64,000 nt of DNA from the NCBI GenBank assembly GCA_000002445.1, contig CP000071.1, positions 1,600,001 through 1,664,000 of the forward strand. The letters are read 5' to 3'. Origin of the DNA: Trypanosoma brucei. Its lineage: Eukaryota. Both the position numbers and the translations under genes were made by a program. Positions 1 through 8,819 of the stretch are shown here, piece by piece; within the stretch, counting starts at the first letter, position 1; every line of letters starts with the position of its first letter. The notes under the pieces are model-generated. The model saw only the letters and a list, made by a program, of their open reading frames with translations. It made no database searches and was not told where the DNA came from.

Positions 1-1975
1 CCTGAAGTTTTTCTGCCGTTTCCTTCAGTGCTTGTCGCTCGTCGTCAAGACGCCGCTCGCATGCCTTGTACCTTGCCTCTATTTCTTCCAACGCGTGCTG
101 AAGACGTTGGCATTCTGCCTCTGCTTGGGTCTTCTGCAAATACAAGGCTGCTGTATTTTTCTCTAAACTAATTTGGCATTCAGTAACCTCTCGTTCACGT
201 TTGTCATCCGCATGCTTGGCTTCTTCAAGAAGTCGCTTGTTCTCTGTCCGTAAATTTTGCAGTGCTTGTGCTTTTAGTGCGATTTCGTCCCGCAGTCGTT
301 GTTCCTCCAGATCTCGCTGTAGCAACCGCTGCTTTAAATCTTCGACCTCAGCAGTACATTCACGCAACTGGGCTCGAAGTAACTCCTGGCTGTTTTGACG
401 CTCTTGGGCCGCAGCCCGTTCTCGAGCACGACATTCTGTTCGAAATGCTTCCATTTCAGTGGCCAAGCGAGTGGCAGTGGTTTGCAACCCCTCCGCACGT
501 ATCGTGACAAGGTCCCGTTCCGCTTCTGCATTAACCCGCGCTGTGTTTTCATCAGCATGCTGTCGACGCAAGGTATCGATTACGCTCTGTAATTGGCTGA
601 CCTTAACATTGTGTAGGTCACGCAGCTCCTCACACTGGCGCGCTGTTTCTTCGCTCATTGCCTCTTTTTCCTGCCGTAGCTGCTCCACAGCCTGGTTCAG
701 TGCCTGTATCGTTTTTTCCTCACCTTTTAGTGTCCTCTGCCTACCTTCCTTCACCTGCTGTTCCGCCTCGTCACGCTGTTTTCGCGCCTCCTGAATTTCC
801 TCCTGCAACTTGGTCAATTCTTGCACATATGATTCTTTAATAGTTTCTTGCTCCTTTGCATGTCTCTCCTCCTGCTCACGCAATCGCTCAGCAAGGCCAC
901 GCTCGTGATCAAGTGCCTCCCGTCTCCACTCCTGCAGTTTGGCAGCGTCTTTCTCCATGCGAATCGTGAGTTCCTCATTCTGTGACGTCAACTCTTCAAT
1001 ACGGCGCAAATACCTCTGCTTGAATTCCTGTTGCCGCTGACTTGCCGCAGCCCGCTCCTTTTCCAGAACAGCTTCAGCATCAGCGAGTCGTTCCTGTTGT
1101 TGCTGCAATTTATCTTCCAGTTCTTGTCGGCACGTAAGCTGTTGTTCATAATCTTCTCGAGTGGAGTGCACCATGGCCCGCAGACTGGTTATCTCCCTCC
1201 CTTGTTCTGCTATGAGGGATTCTGTCTGCTGCCTGTAGTTTTCCATGATTTCACTCTTTTCTTTCCGTTCTCGTTCCAACAGGGCGAGGAGCTGCTGCTT
1301 GCGCTGAATTGCCTCCTCCGTTATTCGCGTTTTCTCCTCCAAAACACTCTCGGACAACCGTTTGAGGACTGCTATTTGCTCCATTAGTCCCTGAATATGC
1401 TCAGCGTTGTCTTCGCGCAGCTCTTGCATTGCCTCTTCAAAATTACTGCGTGCACGACGATTCGTCTCTTGCTCTTGTGCGAGGGCCGCACGTAAGCTAT
1501 CTATTTCCGCCGACTGCCTCGCGGCCTCCTCACGGGACTCCGCCAATTCTCGCTCCACATACACTAGCATCTCCCGTACCTCGACGTTTCGTAGCACTGA
1601 ACTGCCCTTCGCGCCGCCGTTATAATTTAAGTGAGCCGCTGCGTGTTGCCTATCACATAACACCGTGCAATGTAGATTTTCGGCGTCAAAATGTTCTGTT
1701 TCCCTTAGAGATGGTGTTGGTGTAAGAACGCTATCCGCAGGTTCTTCGTGCGATACCTCCAGCTCTGTCATCTTTCCGCTTTTCGCAGGCGTAACCATGA
1801 TCATCCCACCCATCTCACGTGCTTCATTGGTTGCTAGTGGCTGCTGTTCTCTGTAGGCAGTTAACCGGCCCTGCTTTGTGTCCGCGCTGCCAGCAATTCG
1901 GGCGAGGTTGTCGTTTGTAGAGCTGCCTTGTGAGCCAGAACCACAACCAGAGAACACGTCGGTGTGAAAAGACAT
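1..1975 (-). CDS. Coiled-coil protein, N-terminal ~658 codons (ORF runs off the window start; 5' end with ATG is in-window)
   Basis: The minus-strand frame is open from the ATG (complement of 1973..1975) to position 1. An in-frame stop lies upstream at 2063..2065. I checked segments by hand (1..60, 541..660, 1141..1200, 1921..2065) and found no stops. The translation is E/Q/L/R/A-rich with heptad-like pattern (…REITSLRAMVHSTREDYEQQL…, …ERRLDDERQALKETAEKLQ). The plus-strand ORFs 201..1856 in the track are S/R/C-rich antisense artefacts of this gene. The ORF track does not list it because its stop lies outside the window. Confidence 0.6.
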   Translation of the reverse strand, partial: MSFHTDVFSGCGSGSQGSSTNDNLARIAGSADTKQGRLTAYREQQPLATNEAREMGGMIMVTPAKSGKMTELEVSHEEPADSVLTPTPSLRETEHFDAENLHCTVLCDRQHAAAHLNYNGGAKGSSVLRNVEVREMLVYVERELAESREEAARQSAEIDSLRAALAQEQETNRRARSNFEEAMQELREDNAEHIQGLMEQIAVLKRLSESVLEEKTRITEEAIQRKQQLLALLERERKEKSEIMENYRQQTESLIAEQGREITSLRAMVHSTREDYEQQLTCRQELEDKLQQQQERLADAEAVLEKERAAASQRQQEFKQRYLRRIEELTSQNEELTIRMEKDAAKLQEWRREALDHERGLAERLREQEERHAKEQETIKESYVQELTKLQEEIQEARKQRDEAEQQVKEGRQRTLKGEEKTIQALNQAVEQLRQEKEAMSEETARQCEELRDLHNVKVSQLQSVIDTLRRQHADENTARVNAEAERDLVTIRAEGLQTTATRLATEMEAFRTECRARERAAAQERQNSQELLRAQLRECTAEVEDLKQRLLQRDLEEQRLRDEIALKAQALQNLRTENKRLLEEAKHADDKREREVTECQISLEKNTAALYLQKTQAEAECQRLQHALEEIEARYKACERRLDDERQALKETAEKLQ

Positions 1976-3878
1976 TAAACTACTGAGTGGAAAGGGTGTA
2001 AAGAAACAAATGCGGGAGTAAAGTGAAATACAAGTAGACAGTCGGAACAAGAGACACTTACTCTAACATTCACCGCAACTAATTAAAAGGATGCTTGGAC
2101 TTCAAATCTTCTTATTCCCAGGTGTTCGCAGCTCCATAACGTGGGATTATGATGAGTGGCCCTTGTGCGGGAGCTGCGAGGTCGACAAAAGCATGGCAAA
2201 AAACAAACAGAACGTCACAGCCACGCCTGCAAGTTAGAAAGTTGAGAATGACAGTTAGAATAGCAAACGTTAAGAAATGGAAGGAATCTCATCACAAAAA
2301 GGGGGAAATACCGGCATGAGTTAATATGGGACAGTTGCATTGTCCAAACTGTTGGGGTGGGAGGCTCTCCTGACTCACTGAGGAATAAACAAGGCGGGAA
2401 ACAGTCACCGCAACAAACGCCTTGTTTCCCCAGGTCAGTAGAGCAGTGCAGCAACCAATCACTTGAAATGCTCGCCCACACTCCCGTTCGACGCACCGTA
2501 CGAATTTCCCCACATTTCCAGGTCATAGTTGCCGTTTGTAGCGGTGGAAACAAACTCTACACACCTGCTCACGATGTTCCCACGCCTCGCAAGCGAAGAT
2601 AGGAAGAAAAAAAACGAGTATAGAAAAGACCCCTCCTCACACACACTGCGAGTCGCCAGGCGCATACAGACAATACTGTTGTTGGTGCTGCCGTACTTGC
2701 TGACTTCGTTTGATTTCCTCAGTAGTCAGATTTCGTCGTTAGAAAATAGAGTCACAGCTCTTCATGAGGCGGAAAATTTCACCGCACGTACGGCACTTTA
2801 GTAACTTGTGCGTGCAACCCTCTTTTTACCAGGCAAGTGTAATCAGTCCATTTCTCAGTTTTTGAAGGGAAAGGAGTAGCACTAAACACAGTACACTGTG
2901 TCAGTGATCCGGCCCTCTCATTGTAACAAAAGCGTGTACGGCCATAAATGTCAATTGTGTGTGGTCTTTCCACTATCGTGCCCAACAATTTTTGGGGAAG
3001 AGATAGCACGTGAGTCTTGCCCGCAAAATGGCAAAAGAGCACCACGTACAAATTGCGGGGCAAGATGTATCTAAGCAGGGGGGGGGGTAAACAACCCACC
3101 GGGGGCGTTCAGCCATTGGTGTTGGCACCGTGCAGTGAACCATGCCTGTGTAGCGGTGGGGAAGCCTCCGGCATAACCAAAGGAGTTTGCCAATCAGTCG
3201 TTTATTTCCTAGTTAAAGCCGAATCAATGTTACACAACTCTTTGCGGTTCCATGTCACTAACTTCCTAAATGACAAGGGTCTCCCCTGTAAGTTCGAAAG
3301 TGAACGTATGGAAAGTGAGCACCCGTCACCCATCCTCCAACACACACGTAAATAGAGCGTATATGATTATCCAACAAAAACTGCAAACAAAAGGGTAAAG
3401 TACAAATATCGTTATCCCCTCCTAAGAGGAAGTAACGCAGTACAGGGTAAAAACTGTCTTGCCTTCAGAGACGCAGCTTGGGCACCCATAGCGTTTGGGT
3501 CTGTGTTTCGGGCGTTTGTGGTAGGTTGGTGATACTTCGATCATTGAGAACAAACCTTCAAGTCACCTTATCTGCAAAACGCTGCCAGCGGAACCGCCAT
3601 ACTACTGCATAAAATCTAAATTGCACTGCACTCTGCAAGTGATGAGTGCTTATCGTAGAACACCGAACTGAGAAAAGTGCCGAAACTATGTTATATCTGA
3701 CAGGTGATATTACATGGTGTGTGAGAAATTACTAGGGAAATAGCAGCAACACAAAATAAAACAACCAACAATATCTGAGGAGATATGATGAACTAACCGA
3801 ACGACGAACAAAACTTCATTACGTTCGATTTCTGGAAGTAAAAGACATTGTTGACTTCAACTAAAATGGAGGTGAACA

Positions 3879-5765
3879 TCAATTAGGTTTGCTGAAAACA
3901 GTACTCACTCCCTCCAGACGATGCACTAAATCGGTGGCGCGCTGCTTCCACAACGCCCCCGTATCCCTAAAAAAAACTCCACGGTAGTCTCGTTCAAGTA
4001 TTGCCCCTTGGGCCTCCACCGCCTCAACCATCCTCCGCGTGTGTTGCAGCAACTCCATCTTTGGCTCATACTGAGGGGATTTGGTTGACAGTACGCACTT
4101 CTCGCTGGTACCGCCGCTCGTTGGGAAGTTTCCCGGAAGTTCTGCGCTGCAGGAAAGTAACCCGGACCAAAACACAACTTTCGACCAGACGTGCTGAACA
4201 ATGCTACTGGCACTTCCAATTCCCCTTTCTTGTCTGCTGGCTGGCTTGGAAAGCAGTTCTGGGATAAAATAACGATGTGTGCGGTTCTTGTTTTCAATAT
4301 CATCTTTCAGCGAGTTACGTAGCTGAAAAACGCGCTCCCTTAAACGCCAGTAACTCTCAAATCCTGCCCCCAGTGCTCCCCGTTCCTCTAATGTAAAAAC
4401 AGGCCCTACGGAGGTGCCAAGATTTTCTGTTTGGGGACGCCTTAGTTCCTTGAGCATTTCAAACACTGCCGCTGCTTCCGACACGCATTCGTTGTACTCG
4501 GCACTATAGCGTGCAAATGCGGTAATGTCATCCTCTGTGACACATTCGGACCAATAAAGAATCAGTGAGTCCCTCATGTACCGAAACTCACATATTGATG
4601 GTCGAAAGACTATAGTAACTTGGTCCGACCTTCCACAGGCTAAAGATACTCCAAGGCGCTCCAGTTGTTCAACCTCCGAATTCAGTTCATCGATGAACTC
4701 TCTGAGTGCTTTATAGTACGCTGGAAGAAGAAGCCGTCGATTAAGTCTCTGGTCATGGAATGTGTATTCATGGTCGTAGAATAGGTTTAGCTGACTCTGA
4801 TGTCTTAGAAAGACACTTCGGACGTCATGAATCTCGTACACGGTCACTCGCACTGTCCGCGCGCGTCTCATAGCGGGGCGCGGCTCGTTATATGTTGCAG
4901 AAAACGGCTCGGGTGAAACACGCTCTTGCCGCTCGAGCAATGGCTGAGCGGGTTCCAACCTATGTGCCTCAGCTGTCCACTTGAAATCATCTTGCAATTG
5001 GTCACAACTCCCATTGCTGTCTCCTTCATCGGTGCCACATTGTACGTCTTCGTGAATGACATAACCACCCGCAGACGGAACTGTGCCCTCACCGTCAATT
5101 ACGCTAATGGCGTTTGACACCCAGGAAATAAGGACATCAAACGTCCGAAGGAACATAGCAAATGACATATTAACATAGAAAGTACTTCTTTCATCCTGAT
5201 TAACGGTACAGTTCTGTCTGCCGTTGCTCACAAGTGTGTGCCTTTCCTCCGTGCCCCCCAACCCTGGTTGAGGACATGGACTCCCGCCATGGCCACTAAC
5301 CTTACCTCTTACTACTCCGTCGAAAGTCCTTCTACCCAGTGTTGACACCGAGAAGGCAAAACCATACTTCTCGTTTATGGACCTTAGTACTGATCTTCCA
5401 TTTTCGAGTCGCCGAAGCAGAGAAAGTAAATACATTCTGTGTGAGTTCGATGGAGGACCCGAGCCAGATGGTTCGATGACGACAGGAGTTTCGGTAAATA
5501 TTTTCTTAGAACCCGCGGAAAACGAGCTGCGAAAGTGCTCTATGGGAAACGATGCTGCCCCCAAAGCTACCGACTGCCCCGCGGCGCTACTGAAAGGTGT
5601 AAGAGGGCGCTCCCACACAAGACTGCACACACTATTTGTATCTACAACGAGAGCTTCGCATGTTTCCTTGAGTAGACCGATGTCATTCTTGGTGAAGTCG
5701 AGGTGATATGTTGCAAACCAAACTAAAGCCTCTGTGTTCCACTCTTTGGGGAAAATGGCAGCCAT
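3879..5765 (-). CDS. Conserved hypothetical protein (~628 aa counted from first ATG)
   Basis: The track shows a 633-aa ORF at 3879..5780. Its first codon (5778..5780) is GTG. The first ATG is at 5763..5765 (MAAIFPKEW…). Amino-acid composition is protein-like over 1.9 kb. It has the same orientation as the neighbouring minus-strand genes. I recognise no domain. Confidence 0.6.
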   Translation of the reverse strand: MAAIFPKEWNTEALVWFATYHLDFTKNDIGLLKETCEALVVDTNSVCSLVWERPLTPFSSAAGQSVALGAASFPIEHFRSSFSAGSKKIFTETPVVIEPSGSGPPSNSHRMYLLSLLRRLENGRSVLRSINEKYGFAFSVSTLGRRTFDGVVRGKVSGHGGSPCPQPGLGGTEERHTLVSNGRQNCTVNQDERSTFYVNMSFAMFLRTFDVLISWVSNAISVIDGEGTVPSAGGYVIHEDVQCGTDEGDSNGSCDQLQDDFKWTAEAHRLEPAQPLLERQERVSPEPFSATYNEPRPAMRRARTVRVTVYEIHDVRSVFLRHQSQLNLFYDHEYTFHDQRLNRRLLLPAYYKALREFIDELNSEVEQLERLGVSLACGRSDQVTIVFRPSICEFRYMRDSLILYWSECVTEDDITAFARYSAEYNECVSEAAAVFEMLKELRRPQTENLGTSVGPVFTLEERGALGAGFESYWRLRERVFQLRNSLKDDIENKNRTHRYFIPELLSKPASRQERGIGSASSIVQHVWSKVVFWSGLLSCSAELPGNFPTSGGTSEKCVLSTKSPQYEPKMELLQHTRRMVEAVEAQGAILERDYRGVFFRDTGALWKQRATDLVHRLEGVSTVFSKPN

Positions 5766-6119
5766 TTTCGAAGCACACACCGATGGGACAGCGTCCGACC
5801 AACGTTAATTTGTGAGGAGACAAATCCACGGTACTGACCTTCAGTTTTGCTTGTGTTTTTCGTGTGTTGAGACAAAAGCAAGTGATTATACAAGGAAACT
5901 TTTTTTTTTTAATCACGAGGGGATAAATTTGTATACCTGCAGTGGCACGTGAAGATCCAAAGCCTTGTGTCAACCTCTCAATTACCCTAACACAACTTAT
6001 TGACGGGCCCCTATTGGAGGAAGGAGTTGTTATATCAGATGTCCCCCTTTACAGGTTTAACAGACATGTTTAAGGTCGTAAATGAGTAAATAATCACAAC
6101 TAAAACCGCACGTAACTGA

Positions 6120-7364
6120 TTACAACTCCGAGAGTGATGATCGATAGTCTTCCAATTCATCCATCATTTTGAAAGGCCGCGCCACAATGTAATGTGTTGT
6201 ACCAAAGTGTCTTTCGTCCTTTTTAATTATGGTAATTCCAGCTAGGCGAAGGTACCGCTGAATATCTCTGTTCCACCAACATCCCCACATCTTAGCATGC
6301 CGTGGTGCCCACTTGTCGAGGTAGTTGTTAACACGTGACCAGTGTCCCTTGCCGTGCTCAAGCAGAAGTAAGTGCCCGTCGGGTTTACACACTCGTGACA
6401 TCTCCCTGAGTGCCCTCACTGGGTCATCATAACTGCATAACCCGAACATATCAACAACAGTGTCAAAACTATTGTCCGAGAAGGGCATTTGCTCGGCAGC
6501 ATAATTTGCCACAGAGAAGGTTTGATTCTTTGCGGCACTTCCATCATGGAGAATCCTCTTTTCCCCCTCTGATTCGCGCTTTTTTAACTCAGTTAAGCCA
6601 CTTTCGCTTAGAAGGGGAAGTGTAGTACCGGAGAAAGCGGATGAAAGAATGGGAGGAACCAATTCCTTGGTGCCTTGGGCACCATTTCCATCTTCCGCGG
6701 TTAAACACCCTTTCGCGAGAGTGGTCTCGGTAACACCAGTGCCACACTCCCTCAACTGTTGGGTTTCCACAGGGGGTCCTTCCATGACACTACGCCTGCC
6801 AGGCATCTCACTGGCAGCGGTATTTTCCTTATATTCATCCACAGATGTTCGCGTATCAACCTGCATTTCAACCAAATCGTAGTCTGGGTAACGATACGGT
6901 TGGTACCCATAACGCCGATAAACCTGCTCCGCTGTCGACTGGATCATCCCGGGGGAGCGATCGCATAAAACTACCTCAGTTACGGTATTCTGTTTTATTG
7001 CGGCATGATCTTCTTCGGTACTACCGTTCACCGTTGGCGGATCACTTGCGGAACTCACTACAGCGTCGTAATAAGACAGAACACCACCGCACCCAGCACC
7101 AACTTCGAGCACACGCCCCCGTAGCAGCCCTTCATCCCACAACAGTCGTCGGCGCAATCGGCTTATACCGAGGAGAAACTCTTGGCTCCGAGTTTTTTTG
7201 TCGTAGGCGCTTTCAATTGACAAAACATTATAACGTTCGATACGCTGCCTATCACTCACCGCGTAAGAAGGCGGAGGACTAAGAGCAAGTCCAACGACAT
7301 ACGCGGTTCCAACGAAGGTCGTTGCACATGATGTAAAAACAATGACACGGCTAAGTATTGCCAT
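6120..7364 (-). CDS. Class I SAM-dependent methyltransferase (Methyltransf_11-like) with hydrophobic N-terminus and a long low-complexity insertion
   Basis: Motif I VLEVGAGCGG (complement of ~7081..7111), motif II-like VVLCD, and a downstream DTVVDMFGLCSYDDPVRALREMSRVCKPDGHLLLLEHGKG block. The track ORF starts at a TTG (7482..7484). The first ATG is at 7362..7364 (MAILSRVIVFTSCATTFVGTAYVVGLALSPPP, a hydrophobic segment). Confidence 0.7.
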   Translation of the reverse strand: MAILSRVIVFTSCATTFVGTAYVVGLALSPPPSYAVSDRQRIERYNVLSIESAYDKKTRSQEFLLGISRLRRRLLWDEGLLRGRVLEVGAGCGGVLSYYDAVVSSASDPPTVNGSTEEDHAAIKQNTVTEVVLCDRSPGMIQSTAEQVYRRYGYQPYRYPDYDLVEMQVDTRTSVDEYKENTAASEMPGRRSVMEGPPVETQQLRECGTGVTETTLAKGCLTAEDGNGAQGTKELVPPILSSAFSGTTLPLLSESGLTELKKRESEGEKRILHDGSAAKNQTFSVANYAAEQMPFSDNSFDTVVDMFGLCSYDDPVRALREMSRVCKPDGHLLLLEHGKGHWSRVNNYLDKWAPRHAKMWGCWWNRDIQRYLRLAGITIIKKDERHFGTTHYIVARPFKMMDELEDYRSSLSEL

Positions 7365-7691
7365 GCGATCGACCAGCTCTAATGGATGGCAAGCACAGCC
7401 AACGGAAGATGGGGGCAAATAGAGCACAACAGCCTTGACTGCAAGCACGACTACGTAGCTGGCATACGAAGCAGTTGTAAACAAAAGTCAATGACCACAT
7501 GGGCTTCATTTGGATATATATTGATGGAAGGTGAAAACAAGCCCACACACCCAGAGGAGTGGGGGGGGGCGGAGGAGGAAATGTAAAACTTGCTTTGAAG
7601 AAAAAACATTTTTCCTCAAAAATTGAAGCAAAATAGCAACGCAGCGAAAATATATATAATGCAAAATTTCCTGGAGTAGCTCTTGTGGCAA

Positions 7692-8339
7692 CTATGCCGC
7701 CAGTCGAACACGCTCGTCGTCCTCGAGAGTTGCACGCTCACGAACCCTTTGCTCAGACGGTAGTTGTGATACCGGGACAACCATGCTCTTCAAAGAAGTT
7801 AGATCACTGACTTGACCTTCGGCAGAGCACAATTCGCTCAGAAGTTCGCTTTCATCATAGACAACAAGTTGCTGCGCTAGAATTTCGTTGATTTGCTTTG
7901 ACTCTTCTACCACGTCAGCTGTACTATCCATTAACTCCAAAACATCATCCATGTTCAATATAGCGTTAAGTTTTGACAGCTCATCCTTGCCACATTTAAG
8001 GGCCTCCACTACTTCTCTTTCGATTTGAGCAAACTCCACTGTGCATATCAACCTTTCTACGTTCTCAAGCATTGAAGTAACTAATGTTATTTGTGACATC
8101 TGGGCCTTTCTTCTTTTTAAACAGTAGAGAGCCAATTCCCGTTTACCATTTCTCAGCAACTCAGCAGCTCTAACATGTTCGCCCTCCGCAGCTCGCTCAT
8201 ATTTCCTTATTGCGGCCATAATTTTATCACGCTGCAACTTCAGCTCCAACTGCACCCTATCAAGGGATGTTATTACAGCCCCTTGGCGTTTGGTTTGTGA
8301 GGCCGGTGGACGTACCGTGCTACTTCCGTTGTTGCCCAT
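7692..8339 (-). CDS. VPS20: ESCRT-III subunit Vps20/CHMP6 (Snf7 family), predicted N-myristoylated
   Basis: The translation aligns with CHMP6 throughout (…LELKLQRDKIMAAIRKYERAAEGEHVRAAELLRNGKRELALYCLKRRKAQ…VEFAQIEREVVEALKCGKDELSKLN…). The track start at 8363 is GTG. The real ATG at 8337..8339 gives MGNNGSS…, an N-myristoylation consensus (Gly2, Ser6) as in CHMP6. Confidence 0.8.
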   Translation of the reverse strand: MGNNGSSTVRPPASQTKRQGAVITSLDRVQLELKLQRDKIMAAIRKYERAAEGEHVRAAELLRNGKRELALYCLKRRKAQMSQITLVTSMLENVERLICTVEFAQIEREVVEALKCGKDELSKLNAILNMDDVLELMDSTADVVEESKQINEILAQQLVVYDESELLSELCSAEGQVSDLTSLKSMVVPVSQLPSEQRVRERATLEDDERVRLAA

Positions 8340-8806
8340 GAAAACTTCTCCCTCAAGTAGCACCAGAAATTAAACACAAGGATACACATGCACTTAAATT
8401 GATTGGATCAGAGAGACATCAGTAGCCGAAAAGAACGACACACAGGAAATGGAACGAACCAAACATTAAAGTCCTCGCGGTATGGGCACACACACAAAAA
8501 AAAAAACAAGCCCACTGACCACCAGAGCAAAAACCTATTTAACAGAAAAAGTAATGTTACGGCGGCACGGTGTAGAATATAGACATATTATGTGCAGAGG
8601 TAAAGAACAAAACATTTTCAACGCTCGAAAATGCAGACGCAAAAAATGAAAAACTACCGGAATACAAGGCATGTCCTCATTGTCACTGAAATGTTTGCAA
8701 CAAAACCAATATTCCCTATCAGGCAATGAAAACACAACAGAACATCAAACTAGGAACTACCTCCATAGAGATCATTAGTCGGAGATGAAGGAGTCGGGAG
8801 GAACAC

Positions 8807-8819
8807 GGGGGGGGGGGGG
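8807..8819 (+). repeat. G13 homopolymer tract inside the strand-switch region
   Basis: Directly visible (cacggggggggggggggtgaac). Other G runs of 9 or more in the window are at 3078..3087, 7561..7569 and 59964..59973. Confidence 0.9.

Noticed and set aside
201-1856. Nine plus-strand ORFs (60-118 aa) rich in Ser/Arg/Cys
   Set aside because: They are antisense and alternate-frame readings of the minus-strand coiled-coil gene. The GAG/CAG/CTG-rich coding strand gives CTC/CTG/GCA-rich open frames on the opposite strand.
5766-5780. N-terminal extensions in the ORF track (also 7365..7484, 8340..8363, 22890..22907, 30579..30581, 34069..34071, 61155..61196)
   Set aside because: The track starts these ORFs at GTG or TTG codons, which a eukaryotic ribosome would not use. 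Starts were moved to the first in-frame ATG.
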